A stretch of DNA of 64,000 bases from assembly GCF_009914755.1 (NCBI RefSeq), contig NC_060928.1, one strand, 5' to 3'. The notes under the pieces are model-generated. The model did no database searches. It was not told the origin of the DNA and was given only the letters and a program-made list of their open reading frames with translations. Shown piece by piece: positions 12,320-25,759 of the stretch. The stretch comes from the human T2T-CHM13v2.0 reference genome, Homo sapiens. Made by a program: the position numbers and the translations under genes. Positions within the stretch are counted from its first letter, which is position 1; every line of letters begins with the position of its first letter.

Positions 12320-15300
12320 TTTTCAGCTTTTATTTTCAATTCTGGGATACATGTGGAGGTTTGTTACTTGGGTATATTGCATGATGCTGAGGATTGGGGC
12401 ACAAATAATCATGTCGCTCAGGCACTTAATATAGTACTCAACAGTTAGTTTTTTAACCCATATGCATTCATTCCCTCTCCTCACTTGTAGTCTCCAATGT
12501 CTATTGTTGCTATCTTTATATTCATGAGTAGCCAGTGTTTAGCTCCCACTTAGAAATGAAAACATGCAGTATTTGGTTTTCTGTTTCTGCATTAATTCAT
12601 TTAGGATAATGGCCTCCAACCACACCTTGTTGCTGCAAAGGACATGATTTTCTTCTTTTCATGGCTGTGTAGTATTTCATGGTGTATATGTACCATATTT
12701 TCTTTATCCAATCCACCATTGATGGGCACCCAAGTTGATTCCATGTCTTTGTTATTGTGACTAGTGCCACAATGAACATATGAGTCCATGTGTCTTGGTA
12801 GAATGACTTGTTTTCTTTTGGATATATACCTAATAATGGGATTGCTGGGTTGAATTGTAGCTTTAAGTTCTTTGTGGAATCTCCAAACTGTTTTCTACAG
12901 TTGCTGAACTAATTTAAATTCCCACCAACAGTGTATAAGCACTTTTTTTCTGCAGCCTCATCAACATCTGTTCTTTTACAACATTTTAATAATAGACATT
13001 CTGACTGGTGTGAGATGATACCTCATTGTGGTTTTTATTTGCATTTCTCTGATAGTTAGTGATATGGAACATTTTTTCATATGCTTGTTGGTTTCATATG
13101 GTTGAATGCATGTCTTCTTTTGAGAAGTGTCTGTTCATGTTTTTTTTTACCCATTTCTTAATGGGGTTATTTGGTTTTTGCTTGTTAATTTGTTTAAATT
13201 TCTTATAAATCCTGGATATTAGACCTTTGTTGGATGTGTAGTCTCCAAATATTTTCTCCCATTCTGTAGGTTGTCTGTTTACTCTGTTGATAGTGCCTTT
13301 TGCTGTGCAGAAGCTCTTTAGTAAGTAGGTCTCACTTGTCAATTTTTATCTTTGTTGTAATTGCTTTTGAAGGCTTAAGTCGTAATTTTTTTTCCCAAAG
13401 TTGAGGTCCAGAATGGTGTTTCCTAGGTTTTCTTCTAGAATTATTATAGGTTGAGGTCTTACATTTAAATCTTTAATATCTTGAGCTAGTTTGTTTACAT
13501 GGTGAAAGGTAGGTGTCCAATTTCATTCCTCTGCATATGGCTGGCTAGCTATCCAGCACCATTTGTTGAATAGAGTCCTTTCCCCATTGCTTATTTTTGT
13601 AGACTTGTCAAAGATTAGATGGCTGTAGGTGTGCAGCTTTATTTCTGGGTTCTCTATTCTATTCCACTCTGTGTCTGTTTTTGTACCAGGATCATGCTGT
13701 TTTAGTTACTGTAGCTTCATAGCATAGTTTGAAGTCAGGTAATGTGATGCCTCCAGCTTTGTTCTTTCTGCTTAGGAATGCTTTGGCTGTTCATGTTGTT
13801 TTTTGTTTCCATATGAATTTGTGAATAATTTTTCAAATTATTGTTGGCAGTTTGATAAGGATAGCATGGAATCTGTAGATACTTTGGGCAGTATGACCAT
13901 TATGATGATATTTATTCATTCAGTCCATGAGCACAGAATATTTTTTTCCATTTGTATCACACATGTTTTCTTTTAGCAGAGTTTTATAGTTCTTTTTGTA
14001 GAGATTTTTCACCCTTGGTTAGATATGTTCCAAAGTATTTTATTTTGTGTGTGGATATTATAAATGGGATTTCATTCTTGATGTGGCTCTCAGCTTGAAT
14101 GTTATTGGTGTATAAAAATGCTACTAATTTTTGTACACTTATTTTGTATCCTGAAACTTTACTGACATTATCAGTACCAGGAGTCTTTGGTGGTGTCTCC
14201 AGGGTTCTCTAGTATAGAATTTTATAATCCATGATGAGAGATATTTTGACTTTCTTTTTTGTTTTGACGCCTTTGATTTATCTTACCTGATTGTTCTGGC
14301 TAGCACTTCTAGTACTATGTTGGATGGGAGTAGCAAAAGTAAGCATCCTTGTCTTGTTCTAATTAGTTCTCAAGGGAAATGCTTCCAGTTTCTGCCTGTT
14401 CAGTATGATGTTGGCTGTTGGTTTTTCATAAATGGCTCCTAGTATTTTGAGGCATATTCTTTTGATGCCTTGTTTCTTGAGGGTTTTTATCATGAAGTAC
14501 TCTTGGATTTTATCAAAGGTTTTTCTATGCCTATTTAAATGATCACATGAATTTCATTTTTAATTGTTTTTATGAGGTGAATCAGTTATTGATTTGTGTA
14601 TATTGAACCAACCTTACATTGCTGTAATGAAGCCTACTTGATCATGACGAATTAACTTTTTGATGTGCTGTTGAATTCAGTTGGCTTGTATTTTGTTGAG
14701 GATTTATGCATTTGGGATATTGGCCTGTAGTTTTCTTTTTTCATTATGTGTTTATCAGGTTTTGATATCAAGGCAATGCTGGTTTTGTAGGATGAGTTAA
14801 GGAGGAGTCACTCCTTCTCAATTTTTTGGGATATTTTCAGCTGAATTAATACCAGCTCTTCTTTTTACATTTGGTGGAATTTAGCCATGAATCCATCCTA
14901 TCCATGACTTTGTTTGGTTGGTAGGGTTTTTCTTTGTTTTGTTTTGTTTCTGATTCAATTTTAGAACTCAGTAGTAGTCTGTTCAAGGTTTCAATTCTTA
15001 ATTCAACCTTGGGAGATTGCGGATTTCAGGAATTTATTCATTTCTTCTAGATTTTCTAGTTTCTGTGAATAAAGGTTTTCATAATAGTCTCTGATGATGT
15101 TTTTTTATTTCTGTGGCATCAGTTGTAATGTCACCTTTGTTGTTTCTGATTGTGCTTATTTGGATCTTTTTTATTGTTGTTAATCTAGCTAGCCATCTAT
15201 TGATCTTATTTATCCTTTAAAAATGCCTTTTTTTTCATTCATTCTTTGTATGGATTTTTGGGTGTCAATTTCTTTCAATTCCACTCTGATTTTAGTTATT

Positions 15301-15477
15301 TTTTTTTCTTCTGTTGGCTTTGGATTTAGTTTGTTTTTGTTTTTCTAGTACCTATAGATGTGATGTAAATTGTTAATTTAAGATCTTTCTAACTTTTTGA
15401 TTTTAAGTGTTTAGTGTTATAAACATCACCCTTAACACTGCTTTTGCCTCATCCAATAGATTTTGATATGTTGTGCC
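12320..15477 (-). mobile_element. 5'-truncated L1 (old L1PA/L1PB), ~3.2 kb of ORF2 plus 3'UTR
   Basis: Antisense 3'UTR at ~12320-12600. ORFs 12597..12779(-) 'TWNQLGCPSMVDWIKKIWYIYTMKYY' and 13094..13342(-) '[25 protein letters not shown]' are L1 ORF2p C-terminal sequence. Confidence 0.93.
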
Positions 15478-16229
15478 AACCCAACATTTAAAATAATACA
15501 GCATAAAGGACGTGCATCCATTTGTATTGGCAAGCAAGAGACTTCCACCCAACTTGATAACAAGTATAGATGAATCAGTGAGCAAATGCTGCTTATAGCA
15601 ACAAGTGAACTGCAGTTGGTGGAAATTTTTTTCAAGATTTTACAATTTATTAGTTATATTTATTGTTGTCATTGTTGCTGTTTCATATTATCTGTGAGTT
15701 TTCAATATTTGACTATGGAAATGATTAACTAGTATTGTGAATATCAAATAAAAAATAAACTGAAAACTCTCATGTATATAACACATTGTGAATCTGCAGT
15801 CTATGTCCCTGGCTTTATTCAGTCCTATTTTCATTCATAGGTCAGCCAGTCACTGTATCTCCTATAAGTAACCATACACTCTTTTGCCACAGCCATGAGT
15901 CCGTTATCAGTACAAAGTACATTTACCTGCAAGGAAACATATAGGCTTTCTTAGCTTGCAATTGAATGTGGCATCCTCCCTGAACTCTCTCCCCTTTTGG
16001 GGCAGATAGATCCAAAATTAAAGCTCTTTACATAAATCCATGGGTATGGTTTTTAATTTATTCTAGATGTTGATGAAATACCTAAACAGTGGCTATTTAT
16101 GATGACATTTTTTAATGGTAATCTCTTTTCTCTTTTGGAATGTGCATTTACTTTCTTCAAGCCTCTTCTAAAAGAGAGACATAAAAAGTATCCTATTTTA
16201 ATATTTACCTGGGAAAAATAAATATGGGA

Positions 16230-16680
16230 GAGAGATTAGAAATAATTTTGATAATATAGTTAAAATTTCAGAGATATCAAATATTGTAATTATAAAAATA
16301 AGTCTGAAAAAGAACACTTACAAGTCAATAATAATCTCATGAAAATAAAAAGTACTCTAAAATTTTAAAAAATGTACTGAGAAGTTTGGAAGATAAAATT
16401 TAGGAAATGTTTCTAAATTCAAAACAAAATAAACAGATAGTGATATAAATAAGTGTAGAAACAAAAATTTTTAAAGATTTATTAAGAAGTTGTAATATTT
16501 TGCTATTATAAATGCTTTCAAAAAATTTGTGAACACAAAAAAGTGATTATCAAAAATATCTGTATTTGTTAATTTCCAGAACTCATCATATTAGTCAAAG
16601 AGGCCTATCTAATGCCCAGCCAAACAAATTAATAAAGACCCCATAAAAGCCATTAAAAGAACCCTCAGAATACCGATGAT
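16230..16680 (+). mobile_element. Highly diverged L1M ORF1-region fragment
   Basis: A-rich sense sequence (TTGGAAGATAAAATTTAGGAAAT...AATTTCCAGAACT...ATGCCCAGC) resembling an ancient L1 ORF1. Confidence 0.45.
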
Positions 16681-16689
16681 ACGTATTTG

Positions 16690-16807
16690 CTACAATGTAC
16701 ACCATTTGGGTGATGTGTACACTAAATGCTCAGACTTCACCACTACACCTTATGTCCATGTAACACAACTATGCTTGTAATCATAAATCTATTCAATAAA
16801 TAAAAAA
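16690..16807 (+). mobile_element. L1PB/L1MA 3'-end fragment
   Basis: TACAATGTACACCATTTGGGTGATGTGTACACTAAATGCTCAGACTTCACCACT...AATAAATAAAAAA. Confidence 0.8.
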
Positions 16808-18479
16808 GTGACAATCATACAAATAGCAATAATGATAATCATACACACATATTTACACACATATATATTCACGCATGTGCACACACATATATAAATTTAT
16901 ATATGTGTTTATGTTTGTATAATCAATCAGAAGCTAAATCTGTTACATAATTTAACAGAAAGTTACATTAATACAGTCTTAAAAATATAAATGTTAACAT
17001 TTTTTTACTAAAATTTCTGATATAACAAATTCAGGAAAAAAATTATTACTTAATAAACATTAAATTATTAGCTAACAAAAGAGCCAATATTTCAAACCAT
17101 TAAGTCAAAAGTAGAATTAAAACCATAAAATAATTAAATTCATATTTTAAAAATGAGGAAAAAGTTAAATTACATATTGTAAGCTCCCATACTCCCTCAC
17201 TCACAAGCAAGATTTTAATATATATATTATGAAAGCTATATGGCTTTTTATTTCCCCTTCTTTTTCAACTAAAAGGAAACTTTTGGCTATCTTGATTTTT
17301 CATCTCAACGTAAAGATAACCTTGGAAATAAATCCTCATTTTTATTTTATTAATTCACAGGAAGCAGGCCAAATAAATTAGACTGTCCAATGTAATTCTT
17401 AGAGACTCTCTGTTTTATCACAATTTGTTTTAATCTGATAGAACATTCACAATAATTTATTGCAATAATTTCATAAACTGGGTGTTTGCTTTTAATTGAC
17501 TGGTAAATTTGTATCATACTACTGAGGTGATTTTAAGTAGGGACCTTCTTGGATATATCGACCAATAGTATTAACTGTTTTTATCAAAGAAATAAACTAA
17601 AAATGGTATTGAAAGCTGATACAAACTCTGCTGCCAGTAACCAATTTAAATAGTGAAACCAATTTAAAGTGGTTTATGATTATGATTCAGCATAAAAGTA
17701 ATATTGCCTTTGTTATTTTGTTTATCTTTCACTTTTCACACCCAAAAAAAGAATTAGGGAGGGATTATATAAATAGCTGTGCTAAGGTAGCTTATAACCT
17801 AATATTCTTTTATATTGTGAGAAAATGTGAGAATGAAAGCAGGGAAGGGTGACAGTAGAGTGTCTGCCTGAGACAGGCACTGTGTGAACAGTGGAATATA
17901 ATTAGTTTGAATTTCAGAGTAAGTCAAATATTCATGTTGAGATGATAAAGTCTTATAAAAATTTTAAAAATCATAACTGAAAAGTAAAATATTTATAATA
18001 CAACAATATGTGAAATTAAATACATGAATAGAATATGATTGCTAGATAGAGATGTTGGTGTTTATTTAAAAAGGCATCAGAGAAAGGTTTAGAATATGTA
18101 ATCTTTCTGTTTATTTGATACTAAATTAAACATAGTTCTAATAACTCAGATAATAAAAAATGTCAGAAACATGTGACTAATACTTCTAGAAGTTTAAGTG
18201 TAGTATAATCTTTCCTGAAGCTTTATTGATTTCCTAAATATTTGGAAAGGTATGGATGATATAAAAGGTGAGATAAAATTTTACAATAGTAAATTTTATG
18301 AAATGAAGCAATCAATGTTTGCTATGTAAGTTTGATAGAGAACTTATGTTAATCATAGGCATTAGTGTATGTAAAATATCTGTAGAGCTCAAAAAATGTG
18401 CACTGCAAGACCACACTCCCAGAAATTCATGTTAAATTGGTTGGAGTAGATATTTAGAATATAGAATTTTCTGTTATAT

Positions 18480-21078
18480 CCTATTTTTAGGGCAGTTTTA
18501 GATTTACAGAAAAATTGAGGAAGTGGTACAGAGATTTTCCATTACTCTTGCCTCCAAATATTCACAGCTTGTTCAACTATTAAAACTCTGCACTACTATG
18601 GTACATTTGTTAAAATGGATGAACCTGCACTGACACATCATTATCACCCTAAGTCCATAGTTGACATTAGGGTTCACTCTTGCTCTTATACTTCCTGTCT
18701 TTTGACAAATATATAATGACATGTGTCCACAATTACAGTATCACACAGAGTCGTTTCACTGCCCTAAAAGACCTTGTGCTCTGCTTATCCATTCTTCCCT
18801 CTCCTCTAACCCTTGACAACTACTCACCCTTTTACTTTCTCCAAAGTTTTGCATTTTCTAGAGTTCATATAGTTGAAATCATATAGAATGTAGCCTTTTT
18901 AGATTGGTTTCTTTCACACAGTGATATACATTTAAGGTTGCTTGATAGCTCTTTCTTTTTAGTATGGAATGACATTCTATTGCATGTATATATCACAGTT
19001 TGTCCATTGATATCAATCCAATCAAAATCCTAGAAATTCTAATCAAAACCCCAGCAAGTTATTTTGTGGATATCAGCAAACTGATTCTAAAGTTTCTTTA
19101 GAATTTATTATTAGTTTATTTACAGCCAAAAGATAGAATAGTCAGGACAATATAGAACTAAAAGAACAAGGTCCGGTGGCTGAAACTATCTAAATTCAAG
19201 ATTTGCTATAAAGCTGCAGTAATCAAGACAATGTTATATTGGTGAAAGACTAGACAAATAGATCAAAGGAATGGAATGGAAGCCCAGAAATAGACCCCCA
19301 TAAATATACTATAGTGGTTTATACCACAGTAACTTATCCATTCACCTAATGAAGGATATATTGACTGCTTCCAAGTTTTGTCAATTACATAAAAAGCTGT
19401 TATTAACATTCATGTGCAGGTGTTTGTGTGGAGGTAAGTTTTTAGCTTATTTGGGTAAATACTAAGAAGTACAATTGCTGTATAATCTGGTAAGAATATG
19501 TTTAGTCTCTATAAGAAACTGGGAAAGTGTTTTTCACATAGGCTGTACCATTTTGCATTGCCATCAGCAACGAATGAAAGTTCTTGCGGCCCCATGTCCT
19601 CACTTGCATTTGGTGGGTGTTTTGGATGTTGTCTATTCTAGAACATGTGCACTGGTATCTCGCTTTTGTTTTAATTTGCAATTCCCTAGCTACATATGAT
19701 GCTCAATATCTTTTCATATGTTATTTGCCATCTTTATGTCTTCTTTGGCTAAGTGTCTTTCAGATGTTTTACCCATTTATTAATCATAATTTTCAGTTTT
19801 TATTGTTTTAAAAGATTTTTGTGTATTTTGGGTAACAGTCCTTTATCAGATATGTCTTTTGCAAATATTTTCTCTCACTTTGTTATTTGTCTTCTTATAT
19901 TCTTTACAGTGTCTTTTGCAGAGCAGAAGTTTTAAACTGATGAGTCCCAAACATCAATTGTTTATCTCATGGAATATGCCTTTGACTTTTTACCTAAAAA
20001 GTCATTACTGTAACCAAAGTCATCTAGGATTTCTCCTATGCTATCTTTTAGGATTTTTATAGTTTTGTGTTTTACCTTTACGTTTCCGATCCATTTTCAG
20101 GTATTTTTTGTGTGAAGAGTGTGGGAGCTGGGTTTAGATTCTTTTTTTTTTTTTTTTTTGGTGTACAGATATTCAGTTGTTTCAAGTGCAACAAATACCA
20201 TTTGTTGAAAAAACTATTTTTGCTTAATTGTGTTGCATTTGCTCCTTTGTAAAAGGGCAGTTGGCTATATTTATGTTGGCCTATTTCTGGGTTTTCTATT
20301 TGGTTCCATTAATTTATTTGTCCATTCTTTTACTATCCCATATTGTCTTGATTATTATAGCTTTATAATAAGTCTTTAATTCTGGTAGCTTTAGTCATCT
20401 GACTTTATTCTTTTCCCTTAATATTATGTTGACTGTTCTCAGTCTTTTTCCTCTCCATGTAAAGTTCAGAATTGATTTATCAATATCTACAAAATAACTT
20501 GCTGGAATTCTGGTGAGAATTGTTTGGATTTTGATTTGAATTGATATTAAGTTCGGAAGAACTGATGTTTTGACAATATTGAGTCTTACTATCTGTGAGC
20601 ATGGACTGTCTCTTTAGTAAATTATTCTTTGATTTCATTCATTAGAATTTTTCACTTTGACTCATACATATCTTGCATATATTTTGTTACATTTATAACT
20701 AAGTATTTATAGCACTTCATTTCAAAGAGTTGCTGTTATAAATGGTATTGTGCTTTATAATTTTAAATTCTACTTTGTACTTGCACTGGCATATGGGGAA
20801 ATGATTGACTTTTGTATATAAACCTTGCATCCTGCAACTTTGTTATAATAATCACTTATTAATTCCAAGTGTTTTTTTGTTGTTATTATTTTTTATTCCT
20901 TTGGGTTTTCTACATAGACAATCATGTCCTTTGTGAACAAAGATAGTTTTATGTTTTTCTTCCCAATCAGTCCAACTTTTGTCTCCCCTACTTTTTTCGT
21001 TTTTATTATTATTTTTTTTTTTTGGTCTTACTATATTTTCTAGGACTTCCACTGTGATGTTAAAAAGGAATAGTGAGG
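18480..21078 (-). mobile_element. L1MC/L1MB-type 3' portion
   Basis: Antisense 3'UTR TTTTAGGGCAGTTTTAGATTTACAGAAAAATTGAG..., followed by antisense ORF2 (CCTTTATCAGATATG...ATACCATTTGTTGAAAAAACT). Confidence 0.85.
19005..19312 (+). mobile_element. Sense-orientation L1M ORF2 fragment embedded in the antisense L1
   Basis: AAACTGATTCTAAAGTTT...CTATAAAGCTGCAGTAATCAAGACAATG...AGCCCAGAAATAGACCC is a classic L1 ORF2 segment. Confidence 0.85.
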
Positions 21079-21079
21079 A

Positions 21080-21171
21080 TGGGTGTGTGGTGGTTCATGC
21101 CTGTAATCTCAGCACTTCAGGAGGCTGAGTTGGGATGACCACTTGAGGCCAGGAATTTGGGACCAGCATGG
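21080..21171 (+). mobile_element. Truncated Alu left monomer / FLAM fragment
   Basis: GTGGTGGTTCATGCCTGTAATCTCAGCACTT...CACTTGAGGCCAGGAATTTGGGACCAGC; no tail. Confidence 0.8.
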
Positions 21172-21174
21172 AGT

Positions 21175-24100
21175 ATTGCTTCAGGGATGACACTTCAGTG
21201 TATTTTTAGAAGACTGTTTCAGCACTGTGTAATGTCAGCTCCTTCTAGCTGATGTGCTATGTAATGTAATCATGCAACCTGTGTATCCTATTGTCATGTG
21301 TCCATTTCTGTACTTTCTTTGCTGTAAAGTAGATCCCTGAATGCTAACTGTGTAGAATTACATGTCTGTGGATCAGGCACTCTTGCCTGGATAATGGTGT
21401 TTGCCATGGTTCTGTCAGCAAGAGAAATAAACATACCAGAAACATGTCTGTCTTTCTGATGACAAACCACCATCTATTCTTATGTTTCTTCACTTATTTT
21501 GTATCATTATTGTTTTATTTTGTTTCAAATTTAGAAATGTTACTTCATTTTTATCTTTTAACCTTCCTATGTTTTAAAGATTATTATGAGGTTATTTTCA
21601 TGAGATGTCCATCCACATGCATTGATCACAAATGTCATTGCCTCTTATTTTCTAATTATTACATTTCCGGGCTCTTGGCCATATTGTCAGACAGGTACCC
21701 ATTAATGTCTATATATTCTTGGGCCAAATTAGGATGACCAGTGATGCTGCTCACACTTTGTTCACTGGTATTATTTTCCATTTCCACAATTTTTCAAGAC
21801 CACACTTGAATGTGGGTGTGATGTAGTTCATTTTTGGGTTGTACCCAGGCACTGAGTCAACTCACTCATAAATCACATTCAGATATTTTTCTTCTTTCAT
21901 TTGGTCATAATGGATACCCCATGGGTAGAGAGCAGCACTGGTACAGCTCTGATAGATCAGCACTCAGCTACCAGCTCCTATAACTTACTCATCCCCCTTT
22001 GTCCTACTATTTTCTCTCTTTTGATGTGCTACCTCTGGACCTATCTGACTTTATGACTTGGCAGGTATGACAGAAACAAGCTCAAAATAGATATCTGTTG
22101 TTGTTTCAGCTGTGGTAATACATAGTCAGTTTTTAGATTCCATTTGGTTTCTATAGGAAGAGACTGGAAAATCAAATATTATACAATAGAGAGCATTGGA
22201 TTGACCTTCATTCATTAGGTCTTTAATAATTAGCACTAATCTATGTCCTTTCTTAGGGTTGTATATAGGAACTTGCTTTCTCTCTCTATCCCTCCCTCCC
22301 TCTCTTTTCTCTATTAATTCATATATCTATATACTATCTTGCTATGTGGTGATGAAGAGTTTAAAAGTTTCTACCTGATCTTTCCCAGTATAATAGCTTT
22401 TATTTCACAGGCCAAGTACATGTGTGGGGGTTGCTTTTACTGCCAAGTATATTAATTCAATTCGGCACTTTATGACAAGGAAAATGAGTATTAGGATGGT
22501 TCTAAGAACCCGCTGGGCATACCGTAAGGTAGAATTTCACCAGGACTTTGTTATTACCTGGCCATGATGCCAACACTCTAACAGGGGCCATAATAATACA
22601 TTGAGTCTCCAGATATCAATGTCAAGTCAGCTCCTGTGTTCAATTGTTCTCAAACTGTTTGGATATCCCTATTCCAATTTCTAAGTGTATACAATAACTT
22701 TACTAAATAGTCATAGGTCCTTGATATGGTTTAGTTCTATATCCCCACCCAAATTTCATGTCAAATTGTAATTCCCAAATGTTGAAGGTGGGGCGTGGTG
22801 GGAGATGATTGAATTATGGGGGCAGATTCCGCCTTTGGTGCTGTTTTCAAGGGAGTGAGTGAGTTACTGTGAGATATACTTGTATACAAGTGTGTAGCAC
22901 CTCCCACCTGGCTCTCCTCCTCCTGCTCCAGCCATGTAAGACGTGCCCACTTCCCTTTCACCTTCTGCCATGATTGAAAGTTTCCCGAGACCTCCCCATC
23001 CATGCCTCCTATATAGCCAATTAAACCTCTTTTCTTTATAAATTACCCAGTCTCAGGTAGTTCTTTATAGCAGCACAAGAACAGACTAATACAGTTCCTT
23101 TGAAGAAAAGACTGAGAACATGATTACAACAAATATGCCATTGTATTACAGTGTTTTTGCTGCTACAGACCTTACCGTTTTTTCAGCCAATATATTTCAG
23201 ATGTAAAAATTGGATCAGGTCCTGATATTGGTAAAAGAATCATGATTTTTGAATTTTGATAACTGTTTTTAAACTCCTGCTACTTCATTTTTGTCTTTTT
23301 TGGGAGGTTACAGATGTTAAGTAACAAAGTAAGACAGTTGACTCACTGCCTATGCTTCCCCCAGGGCTGCCATGCTGTATTAATTATTTCTGCAATACTC
23401 TCTGTTCCAAGGTTCCTTGGAATTGGCTTCATTTTTTTCTGGCCACTACTGTATTTGTGACTAATCACCTCTGTTACTTCAGGGCCTCACGTCCTCAGAG
23501 ATATGTATGAATCCAGCTTTGTAATTGCCGCCAACACCATAATCTCTAGTCTTCAGAGGAGAACTACAACTAAAATTCTTAATGTAGCTGGTGACTCTCA
23601 CTAATGGTGTTGGTGCATTGTTTGTTTCTTTGCATTTTCTGGAAATAATCTCTGATGAGTCTTTGGGTCTCACATAATATTTCATTTCTCTATTCCCACT
23701 GCCTTGACCCTCTTTATTCTTTTCTCTAATATCTATTACTGAAACTCAGGAATTTCCATCATAATCAGCATTACTCAATAATTTCTCTAGGCTTCTAAGA
23801 GTCACCATCACAGTGAGTTTTCTCCATCCCCCTGAGATCTTTCTCAGATTATTACATACTATGTTCCAAATATGAGCACTCAAAAAAAATTCTCGATTAT
23901 CCAGACTTTCACCTACTCCCGTTGATAGTGCATCCTCAAAATTCATATGCAGTTTAATACGCTGGCTACTAGGTTTATGTGCTAGCTCCCCCAATGCTAA
24001 ACCCATTTCTCCTTATCAGAATGAGCACATCACCAGATGGGTTATGCTGTTATTTAACACTATGTGGCTGCCTGAAGGAGGGGAAGTGGGGGCAGCTCCA

Positions 24101-24785
24101 ACGGCATCTACCGGTTGCTTGTGGGTGTGGGTGAAGAGCAAAATTCTTCTGCATCATCTTCTAGTGGAGAGGAAGATCTAGTTCTTAGTAGAGAAGTATG
24201 GGTTGTGTCTGTAATCTCTGAACATTCACAGGGCTCTGCAGAATCAACTTCTTCAGAAATGTCCTTCTCAGTTTCTTAGACACATATTTAGATCTTAGGT
24301 TTTCTCAACCAAGGCTCCTGTTTTTTCACAACGCACATGCCTTGATTAAGCACTTAGACATCTCGGAAGCTCTGCAAACCTGTCAGATCTCTGGTGTATT
24401 GTTTGGCTATTTATGTTTTTCTACTGCAGGAGATAAAGGACTTGCTATCAAAGAGACATTCTACTTTCACACTTACTCTTTAGCTTTTAATTATCCTTCT
24501 CTGTATTATTAACATAACTTAGCAATAAATAGCTCACTCTGTTTTCTTTGTAGGCTTTATTAATTTCACATCTTTCAAATATACAGACAATATCAACTAC
24601 AAGGAAATCCACCTAGGATATCTCCCCATGTTAGCACTGGTGAAATCAACAGGAACTGGATTGCCACCTTGTCTCAGGCACTGTCTGTGTCTCACATACC
24701 ACACAGAATAGCATTCTCTTTGCCTGTCAGGTAGTGAGTGAACCAGTCTCCAAATCTCAACTTAACTTTAGTCTTTCTTGCACCA
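21175..24785 (-). mobile_element. Ancient ERVL/MaLR-type internal sequence (ERV3-16A3- or MLT-int-like)
   Basis: The minus strand starts TGGTGC...GATTTGGAGACTGGTTCACTCACTACCTG, as ERVL/MLT internal 5' ends do. It has degenerate gag-like similarity to the plus-strand block at 25760-28300. Confidence 0.65.
22722..23093 (+). mobile_element. MaLR solo LTR (MSTA-like)
   Basis: TGATATGGTTTAG...CCCCACCCAAATTTCATG...AATTACCCAGTCTCAGGTAGTTCTTTATAGCAG...GACTAATACA; imperfect TSD gtcct/gttcc. Confidence 0.93.
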
Positions 24786-24794
24786 CTGAAGTTA

Positions 24795-25560
<766 letters not shown>

Positions 25561-25759
25561 GGCTAACACAATAAAAAGAAACATTAGGAATTACAATGTG
25601 ATAATTGATTATAATCATGTAATATATAATTTAAAGCAGAATCATGGATGTATTTGGACATTAGAATAAAAATATCTTCATTTTTGATACTTTCCTGATG
25701 TTATTTCTGATCATTGGGCTGTTAAATTAACAACACAAATAATTCTGTTTCCAGCATAG

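Noticed and set aside
15478-15635. Unassigned segment with two short minus-strand ORFs next to the L1 truncation point
   Set aside because: No recognisable motif or splice structure, and the ORFs run into L1 sequence.
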